Shown: positions 44,465-62,017 of the stretch, piece by piece | Layout of the letters: each line of letters starts with the position of its first letter | Position numbering within the stretch: position 1 is the stretch's first letter | Assembly (NCBI RefSeq): GCF_009914755.1 | Contig: NC_060933.1 | Source: the human T2T-CHM13v2.0 reference genome, Homo sapiens | Length of the DNA: 64,000 nucleotides | Reading direction: 5' to 3' (one strand) | The notes under the pieces: generated by a model | What the model was told of the DNA's origin: nothing | The model's database searches: none | Seen by the model: only the letters and a program-made list of their open reading frames with translations | Made by a program: the position numbers and the translations under genes

Positions 44465-44529
44465 TGAGTAGCAGGGATTACAGGAGCATGCCACCGTGCC
44501 TGGCTACCATTGTATGTTTTAAATATCCA

Positions 44530-44765
44530 CTGAAAGTCATTTACTATTCCCCTAAAATCATCCACACTTTTCCATCTCCCTTTCTCTTAAGCAGTAAGGT
44601 GTAAAAGCATTTGCACCCCATTGAGATACTGGGCAATCACTCTGTGGTTCTCCCCTGTGCACACCAATAAACTTCTGTGCCTTCTCTCCAATTAATCTGC
44701 CTTTTGTGAGTTGATTTTTTAGCAAATCTTCAGAGGGCAAAGGGGAAATTTTCCCTTGGCCCCTG
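44530..44765 (+). mobile_element. ERV1 LTR 3' fragment (MER34/MER39-like)
   Basis: CCAATAAACTTCTGTGCCTTCTCTCCAATTAATCTGCCTTTTGTGAGTTGATTTTT...GAGGGCAAAGGGGAAATTTTCCCTTGGCCC. Confidence 0.6.
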
Positions 44766-44929
44766 AAACCACTTGACCCCATTAGCTCTCATTCTGACCA
44801 GCAAAGTAAAGAAGAATGGATCCCCCAGGATTTTCTAGGATATCTAAGTTTGTCATATTTCCATTGTGAAGTTTGTAGTAGATACACTGTCAAATCATAC
44901 TTGACATTTTATTTTTTATTTTAAAGAAT

Positions 44930-45820
<891 letters not shown>

Positions 45821-45859
45821 TGAGCCACTGCGCCTGGCCTTCTCTCTCTCTCTCTTTAA

Positions 45860-46420
45860 AAGATGTTATAAGATCCAAAAACCAAGCTGCTGCCACGGTT
45901 GCCGCCATATTCTTGGGTCTCCATTTTAAAGCTTTCTGGGAAGAGAGAGCCTCTCATTTCTCTTTGACAATTAATCCTTCGGGCAAGGAACTTACAGTTT
46001 TGTGTGAACTAACTTGTTTATTCTGAATCCAGCTCATTGTCTTTTAGCCGGGCATCTGGGGGAACTTCTCACGGTTCTCAGGGGCACTGTTCACCTGCAG
46101 CCAAGTTTCCTGACGGTTGCCCCGTCTCCTCCACAATGAGCGGCCCTTTACCGCTCCTTCAAGACCGAACCCTCAAGTCAATGTGCGCGGCTCTTCAACC
46201 AGGCACCCCACAGAGCTAGAGCAGAATAAAAAATCCTGCCGCTTCTTCAAAGAAATGAGTTTCCATTTTTAAAAGAGTCTAGTTTTAGGGAAAAATCAGT
46301 AGTTTTCCTTTCCTCTTATTGCTTCAATTTCCTTCACCACAAATAACTCGGTGGTCAGTCCTGCCACATCAACACCTCTGGTTTTACCTGACCCACCTTT
46401 GTAAGACCAGCAAGAGAAAC
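45860..46420 (+). promoter_or_regulatory. Non-repeat CpG-retaining patch, candidate promoter or enhancer
   Basis: YY1-like CCGCCATATT at 45902-45911, ACGGTTGCC at 45895 and 46113, and locally retained CpGs. Confidence 0.35.
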
Positions 46421-46470
46421 AATAGATGTATGTTTGTACAGTTGGGAGTTACCCCAATTGTTTTCTCTAG

Positions 46471-46821
<351 letters not shown>

Positions 46822-47010
46822 TAGTCTTGAACTCCTGGCCTCAGGTAATCCACCCACCTCGGCCTCCCAAAGTGTTGAGATTACAGGCATGAGCCACCGT
46901 GCCCCGCCAATTTGATATTCTCTAAGGGCTGTTTTGTAACAAAATGGAAGCAGTGGAAAGCGAATAAAAGAAAGAATATACTTGGTTCTGAGCTCAACTT
47001 ACAGTCAGAG

Positions 47011-47411
47011 TGACATGGTTTGGACATTGACCCCTCCAAATCTCACATTAAAATATAATCCTCAAAGTTGGAGGTGGGGCGTGGTGGGAGGTGTCACGGG
47101 AGCGGATCCCTCTGGAAGGGCTTGGTGACCTCCCTGTGGTAATGGGTCAATTCTTGCTCTATTAATTCATGCAAGAGCTGGCTGTTTAAAAAAGCCTGGC
47201 ATCTCTTTTGCTTCCTCTCTTGTCATGTGACACACTTGCTCCCTGCTCATCTTCCGCCATGAGTGAAAATGTCCTGAGGCCTCCCCAGAGGCTGAGCAGA
47301 TGCGGGTACCATGCTTACACGGCCTGCAGAACTGTGAGCCCAGAAATCTCTTTTCTTTAGAAATTGTCCAGTCTGAAGAATTCCATTAGCAATGCAAAAT
47401 GGGCTAATACA
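47011..47411 (+). mobile_element. MST-type MaLR solo LTR
   Basis: TGACATGGTTTGG...CCAAATCTCAC start and GCAATGCAAAATGGGCTAATACA end. Confidence 0.8.
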
Positions 47412-47859
47412 CACATTAAGTAAAGCGATCTAGGGGCAATTTAAATACATTTTTAAAGTTATTTTTTTTTCAAGAGTCATCTTGCATCAGTCTACTTCCT
47501 ACTTACAGGCTGAAAGCAGTCACCGCCCATTACTCAATAAACAGGTAAGAAGAAAATGGGTAATCTAGTCACCTTCCAGGCCCTGGGTGTTTCTTCCTCA
47601 TGCATATGCTAAACACCTTGAAATCCTTTAACAAGCGGTTGGTTCTGGTCTTGATATGCATGTGAGAAAATGAAGCCAAAGGACTATGGGCAGAATATGA
47701 CCTGTGCATTGTGTGTGCCCGGAAGGGGAGAAGCTGGCTGTTGGTGGTGGTGGGGGGACAGGGATGGGGTGTATGTATGGGCATCCTATGGGAATTTTGT
47801 CTGGGTCCTGAAGGAAGACTTAAGTAATATATTCAAAAATAATAAGCCAGATTGTTTGA

Positions 47860-48032
<173 letters not shown>

Positions 48033-50350
48033 TAATTTTTGTATTTCTAGTAGAGACAATTTCACCATGATGGCCAGGCTGGTCTCGAACTCCTGACCTC
48101 AGGTGATTTGCCTGCCTCGGCCTCCCAGTGTGCTTGGATTACAGATGTGAGCCACTGCACCTGGCCTAAAAAATTCTTTAAGTGCATTAATTAGGATTTA
48201 CTGCATAGCTCTTCCACGAAATACACCTTTATAACTGCAGAGGAGGAAATATGTAATATCCCTGAACCATAGAAAGATGCTCAGTAGAGATGTAGGCAAA
48301 GAACATGGAAAGACAGGACCATACATAATAGCCGATGAGTTTCAAAGCCCATAGATAACACAGGTACCATATAATACAGGTTGCCAGAGTTTGTCTTTTT
48401 TTTTTTTGAGATGGAATTTTGCTCTTGTTGCCCAGGCTGGAGTGCAATGGCATGATCTCAGCTCTCTAAAAACCTCCGCCTCCTGGGTTCAAGCTATTCT
48501 CCTGCCTCAGCCTCCCAAGTAGCTGGGATTATGGGCAAACACCACCATGCCCAGCTAATTTTTGTATTTTTAGTAGAGACAGGGTTTCACCATGTTGGCC
48601 AGGCTGGTTTCGAACTCCTGACCACAGGTGATCCTCCCGCCTCGGCCTCCCAAAGTGCTGGGATTACAGGCGTCATCCACCGCTCCTGGCCAAGTCAAAG
48701 TTGTTTTGACTTGCAGTGCTTAGAAAGGGCTTTGGAAACTTTTTACTAGGTTTGAGGGGTAATGGGAGAGACTTCATGCAAATTCATGCAAAATCCACAA
48801 GTGATAATAAAAGATAAGATATGTTCTAGGGACGATGAAGGGACCTGCTTGTGGATCACATGATGGTGATCATTGATAACTATTTGAAAATGACTCCAGA
48901 TCCTGCAACTTTTTTCTACTATTATCTGCATGATAGGCTGCAAGAGGAGCAGTAGTTTGATGATATCTCCTCAGGTGACTTCCTGGCACTCATTCAGTCA
49001 ATAGCTGATGCATGGCCTGCTAACCTGGTTATATTTCACTTCCCTCTGAAGCCTGTTTCTCAAAGCCACTACTTCAGGACTAAACATGCAGTCATTTGTA
49101 GATGCCTTTGTATGGGAAAGGAGACATCAATGGGGACTTAGGAAATCATCTAATTAAGAGGCTTTCACTCGAAGGTCTAATTTGAATGAATTCACATTGT
49201 AAGAGGGAAGTGAACTGTTAGGATTCACTGCAGGCTTTCCTGCGTCTCAGTCCAGTGCCTGTTAGCTCACGGCAGAAAGACATACTTGTCAAAGAAAGTT
49301 ATTATGCATTACTTTCTTTACTTCCAAAGAAGAACGCAAATGTTCTCCATGAAAGCAAGGGCAGTAGGAGGAGGGGGCAGGCTGGGGCTCTTGCTCACTA
49401 CCTGCTGCCCTGAAATCCTAGAGTCTTGTTTAACACCACATGGCACTTCTCATGTAGCATTTTTGAAGGACTTTCAATCCAGTGCCACCCCAAGGAAATA
49501 TGCCTTCTCCGTAGCTGGCTGTCTGGAATGGACTCTGGGTGAGATTGGCCCCTCTGAATTCCTGGCTTTGCGGCACATGCAACCATCAGATCCAGGCTGC
49601 TCCCAGGAAAGGGACAAAACTTGGCAGAGGGCAGTTCCTGGGGGCAGAGGGCAATTCCTCTGAGGCCCCCAGCAGGTGGCACTCTGGCAGCTTGGGGAGG
49701 GAACTGGGAAGGGGTGGAGACCCTGGGTTCTGAAGGGCAGGAGTCGAGCTCCTGCAGTAGACCAGTCCTTTTGATGCTTGGCAAAGGCCCTGGCCCTCCA
49801 GGATGCAGCTATTGTCTTTAGCCTTGATATGTCATGGTCACATTTCCCAACTCAAATATTTTTTGTATCTCTTTATTATCCTAAGCCATAGCACTAATTA
49901 GTTGCCCCATAGAAGTTAGCACCCAGGGAAGAGCTGTTTCTCCATAAGCCATTTCACTTGGGATGAATGTGTCAATGCACAGGGAAGACCCGCCGCTGTA
50001 AAGCGGCATGGCCAGAGTCTGGTTCTGTGGCACTGCTGCTCGTGACACAGAGTCAGCAGCAAGGGCTTCCCCATGGGGAGGGCCTGTTTGCTTAGCATCA
50101 TTCCTAGGGTCATTTGTGTGTGCCACGAAGAGGGGGCACCCCTTTCTCTTTCCTAACTCTGATCTTGAGAAGCATGCAATGGGCAGAGGAATTTGCAAAT
50201 CTCACTTGTTTGAAAGTGATGTCCCTCCTTGAAAATTGCATTCAGCAATTTAAATGTAGACATTTTGACCTTACAGTACTCTGAGGATGGGATTAACAAA
50301 TTCCCATTTAAAGCTACTTTTGCATTTGTTGAGGAATATTGTTGCATGCA

Positions 50351-51030
<680 letters not shown>

Positions 51031-51118
51031 CACGGAATAATCTGTTAGTTTCAGTACTCAGGGTCTGCTCTGTTAGGACACACACTCCCAAAGAATTGCT
51101 TTTAGACCTTGGTCCTAA

Positions 51119-51520
<402 letters not shown>

Positions 51521-51879
51521 TGACATCCTTGTCCTTGCAGGAGGACTCTAACCTTAAATTGTTATCACCCAACCTTGTCTGTGACATCCAGATTCCAAAA
51601 GTAATAAAATTTTAAATGAAATAAACTGGTAATGAATAAAGCAGTCATGAACTGTCTTTATCAAATAAAGGACCTTTTGGTACCAAAGTGATTCATACAT
51701 ACAAAAAAAGTCTAGGAATATAAGAGTCTTACTGCCAAGCACAGTGGCTCATGCCTGTAATTCCAGCACTTTGGGAGGCCAAAGCGGGTGGATCACCTGA
51801 CGGTGGGAGTTTGAGACCAGTCTCTACTAAAAATACAAAATTAGCCGGTGTGGTGGCACATGCCTTGTAATCCCAGCTA

Positions 51880-52008
<129 letters not shown>

Positions 52009-52088
52009 TTACTTTTGCATTCTTGTTCTTACATTTTGTCTGTCAAAGTCAATAGAGGATCCATTTACTTGTGAAATTAGTTTCCTAA

Positions 52089-52424
<336 letters not shown>

Positions 52425-52956
52425 TAACACCGTAATTTTTGCATGGTACAATGTAAGCTATTTCTGCTTAAAACTAAAATATGCTTGTAATTGACAGCAA
52501 GATAAGCATAAGGTTTTGCATGACTCAGCCAGGTTAATCAAAGAGGATGGTTGCTATTTTGGGAGAAAGGAAGTTAATTAAATATGTAACTAATTTTATA
52601 TTAGAGAAAACTAATATAATTAAACTGCAGTTTTGAGTGGTATGAGTCAGTATGATGATTAAGAGTGGGAGTCATGAAAAAATACAGTATTTATTAACTA
52701 TCGGGGGATTGACATATGAAGTCTTCAAAAAGTTTGGGATGGGCTTGGTTATGTGTAATCGTCATGAATTTTTTGTTCAAGTATTTAAAATGTTCAGTGA
52801 AAGCTATATAACTACATTACAAACTTTATTTGTGATTTCTAGCAATCTTCCAAGTGAGGTGGAGAAATTAAAGATCTAGAATGCACCTCTGTTGGCCGGA
52901 AGCAGTGGCTCTTGCCTGGAATCCCAGCACTTTGGGAGGCCGAGGCAGGCAGATCA

Positions 52957-53355
<399 letters not shown>

Positions 53356-54077
53356 TTAAATTAGCAAAGAATATTGCCTTTCATCAACATCAAGATGAGG
53401 AGAGATAAATTCTGCGTGTTGCAAGGAAGAAGAAAAATAATGAGTAAGGAAGGAGCTCATTGTAAGGATGATTCTTGGCAGAAGCAAGTGGTAGCTCACA
53501 GAGGGTGGTGGTAGTGAGAAAATGGTTCCTGTCCTCCACCCCAGGGCTCAACCTTCAGATTTGTGCTTATGTCTGGTCTCCAGCCAGGGGCAGAGAAGAA
53601 CTGAAGGATAAAACAGGAAAACCTATTGAGAGGGGCAACTGAGATCCTCAATCATAGGTTACTGTAAGGTGAAAATTGCCTGCTCTTTCTTTCTTTCGTT
53701 TTTTTCTTTGAGCAGAGTTGCTCTGTCACCCAGGCTGGAGTGCAGTGGCACCATCTCGGCTCACTGCAACCTCTGCCTCCCAGATTCCAGCTATTCTCCT
53801 GCCTCAGCCTACTGAGTAGCTGAGACTACAGGTGCCCGCCACCACGCCCAGCTAATTTTTGTATTTTTAATAGAGATGGGGTTTCACCATGTTGGCCAGG
53901 CTGGTCTTGAACTCCTGACCTCATGATCTGCCCACCTCGGCCTCCCAAAGTGCTGGGATTACAGGCATGAGCCACCATACCCAGCCTGCCTGCTCTTTCA
54001 AATGGAATCCTACAGTTGTCACATCTGGGGTACGTGCACTATTGTCTTTATTGTAAAGGAAAACTGGCATTTACATG

Positions 54078-55440
54078 GTGTCTCAGTTTGCTTGGGCTAT
54101 TGTAACAAAGTACAGCAGGTCCTAGAATAAGGTCATTTTGTTTTTATTTATTTTGAGACAGGGTCTTGCTCTGTTGCCCAGACTGAAGTGCAGTGGCACA
54201 ATCATGGCTCAAGTGATCTTCCTCCGTCTCAGCCTCCCAAGCAGCTGGGACAACAGGCCCCTGCCACTATTTCTGGCTAATTTTTAAAAAATATTTTTTG
54301 TAGAGACTGGAGTCTTCCTGTGTTGCCCAGTCTGGTCTCAAACTCCTGTGCTGAAGCGATCCTACTGCCTCAGCCTCCCAAAGTGCTAGGATTATATCCA
54401 TGAGCCACCTCCCCTGGCCTCAACAGGTCTTTATTATAAGGTCGATGAGAAAAGAATAATCCTCACCTGGGGCCACTACCTGTGTTGGAGTCTGTCTGCA
54501 TGTTCTCCCCATGTCTGTGTGGGTTTTTTCTGGGTGCTCTCGTTTCCTCCTTGATCCCATGATTGTGCCCATTAGGTGAACTGATGTGTCTACGTGGTCC
54601 CAAGGTGAGTGAGGGTGGGCATGTGTGTGAGTGCGCCCTGCAAAGGGAGAAGCGTGCTGTAGGAACTTAACTCTTGTTTATATCAATTAGCCTATTGATT
54701 AGAAAATTGATTTTGTTATACATCATTTCACTTAAAGTTAGTTTCCAAGAACTTACTGACAATGTTAAGTGAGGGCTTTCTGTATCACAGACTGGACAGC
54801 TTAAACAACAGAAATTTGTTTTCCCACAATTCTGGAGCCCGGAAGTCTGAGATCAAGGCATCTGCGGTGTTGTTCTTTCCTGAGTCCTCTCTCCTTAGCT
54901 TTGCAGATGGGCGTCCTTGCCCTGTGTCCTCATCTCCTCTTCTGATAAGGAACACCAGTCATATTGGATTAGGTTCCACCTTAAGGACCTCAGTTAACCT
55001 TAGTTACCTCTTTATTTTTTATTTTAATTAATTAATTAATTTATGTATTTATTTTGAGACAGAGTCTCACTGTGTCACCCAGGCTGGAGTGTAGTGGCTC
55101 ACTGCAACCTCTCCCTCCCGGGTTTAAGCAATTCTCCTGCCTCAGCCTCCTAAGTAGCTGGGACTACAGGCATGCGCCACCACACCCAGATAATTTTTGT
55201 AGTTTTAGTACAGGCAGGGTTTCTCCATGTTGGCCAGGCTGGTTTCGAACTCCTGACCTCAGGTGATCTGCCCGCCTTGGCCTCCCAAAGTGTTGCAATT
55301 ACAGGTGGGAGCCACCACGCCTGGCCTGTTATCTCTTTAAAGACCCTGCCTCCAAATACAGTCACATTCTGAGACGCTGGTGGTTGGGACTTCAACACAC
55401 GAATTTCGGGTGTCCAGAGGACAGAGTATTATCTGCCATA
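54078..55440 (-). mobile_element. MLT1-type LTR split by MER6 and Alus
   Basis: GGGCTATTGTAACAAAGTA continues after the MER6 insertion as TCACAGACTGGACAGCTTAAACAACAGAAATTTG. Confidence 0.7.
54113..54782 (+). mobile_element. MER6-type TcMar-Tigger element with an Alu insertion
   Basis: CAGCAGGTCCT start, GTTAAGTGAGGGCTTTCTG end, TA on both sides, and an internal TGCATGTTCTCCCCATGTCTGTGTGGG motif. Confidence 0.75.
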
Positions 55441-56175
55441 GCAAACTGACACACACGGCTTCCAGCCAGGAGCATCTTGGAAAAGCTTTTGTCAGAAAGT
55501 GAGTCCAGGACTTGGCAACTATACCATGTGTGTCCCCTCTGAAGGGGACAAAGCCCAACCAGTTATTAACCACTCATGTGGGGTGCCTTTGGTTAATTAG
55601 AGTAAAGGGAGTCCAGTGGTAGGTGTTCTACTTCCAAGGAACAAGACACTGATAGATTTACAATGTTTAGTAACAGCTAAATCACAGATGTTGATGGGAC
55701 CCTGATGTCTTTGGTTTTAAAATGGTAAATATGTTTCCTGAAGTATGAAAAACCTCCTATGTAGCAAATGCTGAGAAATACCATGGTGACAGTATTTTTG
55801 TGAGCCTGTCACCACAGACAGAGCCAGTGCAATAATGCATCAGTCCCCTTCACCAGCCTCATGCTCTTCTTTATTCTAAAGAAGTGAGCAGGGAGAGGGC
55901 CACGGTCCAGTATGGGAAAATGAGCCCTTTCAATGACAAAATTTAAATGTAATGAGCATTAAATGAGCATATTAATTCACAGGAGCAGTTGGTGCTTCTG
56001 CCTGAAAGTGGAGAAACGCATGTTTCCAGGGAAGCAGAGACACAGTGGCAGGGTGACACAGCCAGTGCTCACACAGCATCCCTCCGGTGGGCAATCCGCA
56101 GTGCAAGGCCACCACACAGCAATGCCACTCCACTGGCAGGGGCTTTGTAGCAGGGATTCTCAAAGGGCATCCTCA

Positions 56176-56370
<195 letters not shown>

Positions 56371-56592
56371 TCAAAAAATGCAGATTCTTGGGCCCCATCC
56401 CAGATCCACTGAATCAAGAACTCTGGGTGTGGGCACAGCAATCAGTATTTGAACCTCTGTGTAGGTAGAGCAAAAATGCAAGACACACAGTTACATTTCA
56501 TTTTAGATAAGTGACATCATTTTTTAATATGAGTATGTCTCAATTATTGCATGGGACATGTTTAATACTAAAATGATTTGTTGTTTAACTGA

Positions 56593-56859
<267 letters not shown>

Positions 56860-57787
56860 TGATCCACCCACCTCGGCCTCCCAGAGTGCTGGGATTACAG
56901 GCATGAGTCACCGCGCCCGGCCTGGGGTTCTGTATTGTATCTGGCAGCTCTGCCTCCAGGGGATTCTGATTCATGCTGAAATTTGGGAACCACCGGCATG
57001 GAGGCTTTGCCTAGGTCCAAAGCCCTGTTCTGACCATTTCAATGATGAAGAAAGTGTCTGATCCTCACATTCATTTCCCTGTTACCCTCTTTACCTCCCT
57101 GTTTCCCTGTTACCCTCTTACCTCCATCCTTCTTGTCTGATTTGCTCTGTTCACTCATTTACATTTCCTGTGCCTTTTCACATTCGTGACTTCTTAGTTC
57201 TGTCTGTGATTTTATAAAGATAACTCCCAAATAAAAATTGCATGGATCTACTGTTTATTGGTTGTAGCTAACTCAGCCAGAGGTTAGACTGTGCATATTT
57301 TGACACAGCAACTTGCCCAGGTTCATAAGTGCATTTATAAGACCCTTCTGCATCAGGTTTCCTGCCTGCATATGTACATATTAAGTAGCTCTAGTTACTG
57401 AGGACTATGAACTCAAAGGAAAGGAAAACTCCATGCTTAAAAATGGTTGAAGAACATGCTCTTGCATTGATTCTGGGTTGGACTCAGCTACATGGAACTG
57501 TTGATGTTTAAAGAACCTTAAATGTGGGAGGTAGAGGAAATGGTGTATTGTATTGTTTATGACAGGTAATAACGAACCACCAAGGTTAATTGGATGATTG
57601 ACTGAGGTATTCGTTGGCCAAGGGCCTAAGAGCATTATGTAGTATTTTGCCAGCATGTTATACAGAGAAATGGAGATTAAGTATTCTCTATTCTTGGCTG
57701 GATATGGTGGCTCACGCCTATAATCCCAGCACTTTGGGAGGCTGAAGCAGGTAGATTGAGCTGAGGAGTTTGAGACCAGCTTGGTCA

Positions 57788-57970
<183 letters not shown>

Positions 57971-58422
57971 TCAAAAAAAAAAAATTTTTTTTCAAGTATT
58001 CTCTATTCTTGTTAATGGCACATTTAATTACAAACAGAAAACCTCAGCCCCTAATGTCTGATGAAGGCTTTTTATTTTTACTTTTTATTTTTATAAGCTC
58101 TGTTAGACTTGAGAAAGCTTTTTAAATTTTCTTTTTTTTAAGCAGAATCTGATCAAATATTCAATATAACAGGAAACAGTGCATTTTATGCTTAAGGAGA
58201 AGAAAATGTAGCACATCATGATTTAGGTTTTTAATACATTTCTATTTTGCAGATTGGGATTGAGACAGTTATGTTTGGTTTGGACAGTGACCCCAGTGTG
58301 ATGATTGTCTGTGTGGCCTTAATGTTGATCAGGGTTGTTCTCATGAAAGATCACTTCAAGATCCATACAACCAAGATTTCAGGACTGTTGGCAAAATAGG
58401 GGAAAGTAAGTCACTATGGTGA

Positions 58423-58812
<390 letters not shown>

Positions 58813-58915
58813 TAGTAGAGACATGGTTTCACCATGTTAGCCAGGATGGTCTCGATTTCCTGACCTTGTGATCTGCCCGCCTAGGCCTCCCAAAGTGCTG
58901 GGATTACAGACATGA

Positions 58916-59071
<156 letters not shown>

Positions 59072-59530
59072 TAATGACCACTTTTTACATAGTAGTCAAT
59101 ATAATGCATTTGATGCATATTGATTTTTATCTTGTAGAAACAGCAGTTAGACAAAAACATGGACAAATCCAATATAGTTGCAGAATAGAATGCAAGTGGG
59201 CAAGTCTCAGTGCTGTCAAAATTGGAGTGCTGCTGGCCAGAGCTAGGAGGGGCCGCTGCGCTGGCGACCGAGCAGCAGGTGCTGATGCTCTCACATAGTC
59301 CAAGGGCAAGTTCAGTTGACAAAACAAGAAATGGAGTTTTGAGATTATTATTTGAAAGTGTAAAGATAAGCAATAAAAGAATCAAAAGGAACTGAGGATT
59401 TATAGAATAGTAATAAAAGGGAAACTATAGGATTTTAAAGAAGAATCATAGAGTTAACCACCAGAAAAGTATTAACATGTGTTCCCAGCTTTGACAGAAA
59501 ACTTTTTCTTTCTTTTTTTTTTTTTTTTGA

Positions 59531-59686
<156 letters not shown>

Positions 59687-60142
59687 TAGTAGAGATGGGA
59701 TTTCTCCATGTTGGTCAGTCTGGTCTCGAACTTCCGACCTCAGGTGATCTGCCCACCTTGGCCTCCCAAAGTGTTGAGATTACAGGTGTGAGCCACTGTG
59801 CCCGGCCTAGGAAAGCTTTTCTTTACCAATAGATCTGAGTGGTGGGGAGGTGGAGAGGATGGCAATTTAATTGACAATAGAAAGAATAACAGCAGAAAAG
59901 TTCGCTTTCACTGTATTTAGGAGCACTCCAAAAGGAGTGGCTCCAGGAGCCGCCAGGGGTGAGAGTTCATACATCAGCATCGTAAAAATAGGGTGGTTAG
60001 GACTTTGGAGGGAAGTATGGAAGGTTTTCAGAGGGCTTGCTTACACAGGGTTTACTCTTGGTGTTAACAGGCACCTTGAGAGGGGATGTATGGCAGCTTC
60101 ATGATCAGAAATCTCTGCCTTTAATCATATATGGGAAGCTCA

Positions 60143-60836
<694 letters not shown>

Positions 60837-61510
60837 GTCTAAAGCAATCTTTCTTGCCTCCTGGTGGGTTGTGGGTCCTTTCACTGGGAAGCTGCATTCC
60901 AGGTGGGGATGAGCAGGGCAAAGGAAATTTTCATCATAAACTTTTCTATGCAAAAGTTTACAATGTGCAATTTGATTTCCTTCCATGCCCTTAAATTACA
61001 TCAATCAAAGAGAAAAGGGGAGAAGAGCCCCAGCCCAGCTTGATCCAGTGAGCTATGTTTGGAGAGGAAGCTCTGGGCAGGGGCTGGGGAAGGTGGTGTT
61101 GGATCCTGTTGGGGGACAGGCCAGGGAATCTGTGAGACAGATGATGGATGTGATGGGATGTGCCAGCAGAGGCCGGCGGGGCCAGCGCATCCCTCCTACC
61201 TTCCTCCCTTCTGTGGACACTTGGGGGAAGTCGTAGGTGACTAGTGAGTTAAAAAATGAATTACCAATGAGTAATTAGTTACTGATGAGGTTTTAAGGTT
61301 GTAATTATTAATTAATTCATGAGTTATTAGAGGAGGGTTAGCTATTAATGAGATGCTCTCTAACTCCAGTTCCTATGTTTCTGTGTTCCAGCTTCTAAAA
61401 AGAATAAACTTGGAATTAACTTTCAAATGTTATTATGCTTTAAAATTGTATCTGTCAAACCTCACAGTTACCTCAAAGTAGACATTTTTTAAAACAAGTA
61501 GAATATTCAC

Positions 61511-61999
61511 TGTTGGAAACAAATGCTCAGTGCTACAAAGTGAAACCAGCACTCAGACAAAAGTTTTCTCAGCAAGGCAATTTACTTCTGCAGAAGGGTG
61601 CTGCCTGCATCAATCATGATCACAGGAGCACACTGAACAAAGGAAGGAAAAGGTTTTTATCCCTAACACAGTCCCTACCTCTGTGTCACTCCCCCAGGGG
61701 CTGGGGTTGGACCGCTCATTCTAAGTTGACCCGATTGGCTATTTGTGAATACTTTTCCAAATAAGGAAGGGAAGGGGGATGTGAGTTACAGTGGTGGGAA
61801 GTGCAGTTTCAGTGGGAAGAATGGGTGCAGAGTGGGTAACCAAGGGAGCAGATGTGAGTTATTGATTAGAACTGGTGGGAAGGTTGTTCACAGTAACTAG
61901 GGACAAGGAGGCATGGACAACAAGGAAGTCGAGTTTGAGAACAAAGAATAAGGAAGTCAACAGGCTAAATCTTTGAAGAGGAATTTACTGTATCTTATA
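61511..61999 (-). mobile_element. 3' LTR of a class I ERV provirus
   Basis: On the minus strand it follows the env stop and the polypurine tract GAAAGGGGGAAAT, starts TATAAGA (probably a decayed TG) and ends CCAACA. About 489 bp. Confidence 0.8.
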
Positions 62000-62017
62000 A
62001 TTTCCCCCTTTCAATTG

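Noticed and set aside
49286-50232. Cluster of 64-128 aa ORFs in moderately GC-rich unique DNA
   Set aside because: There is no recognisable domain, the ORFs overlap on both strands, and the lengths are compatible with chance.
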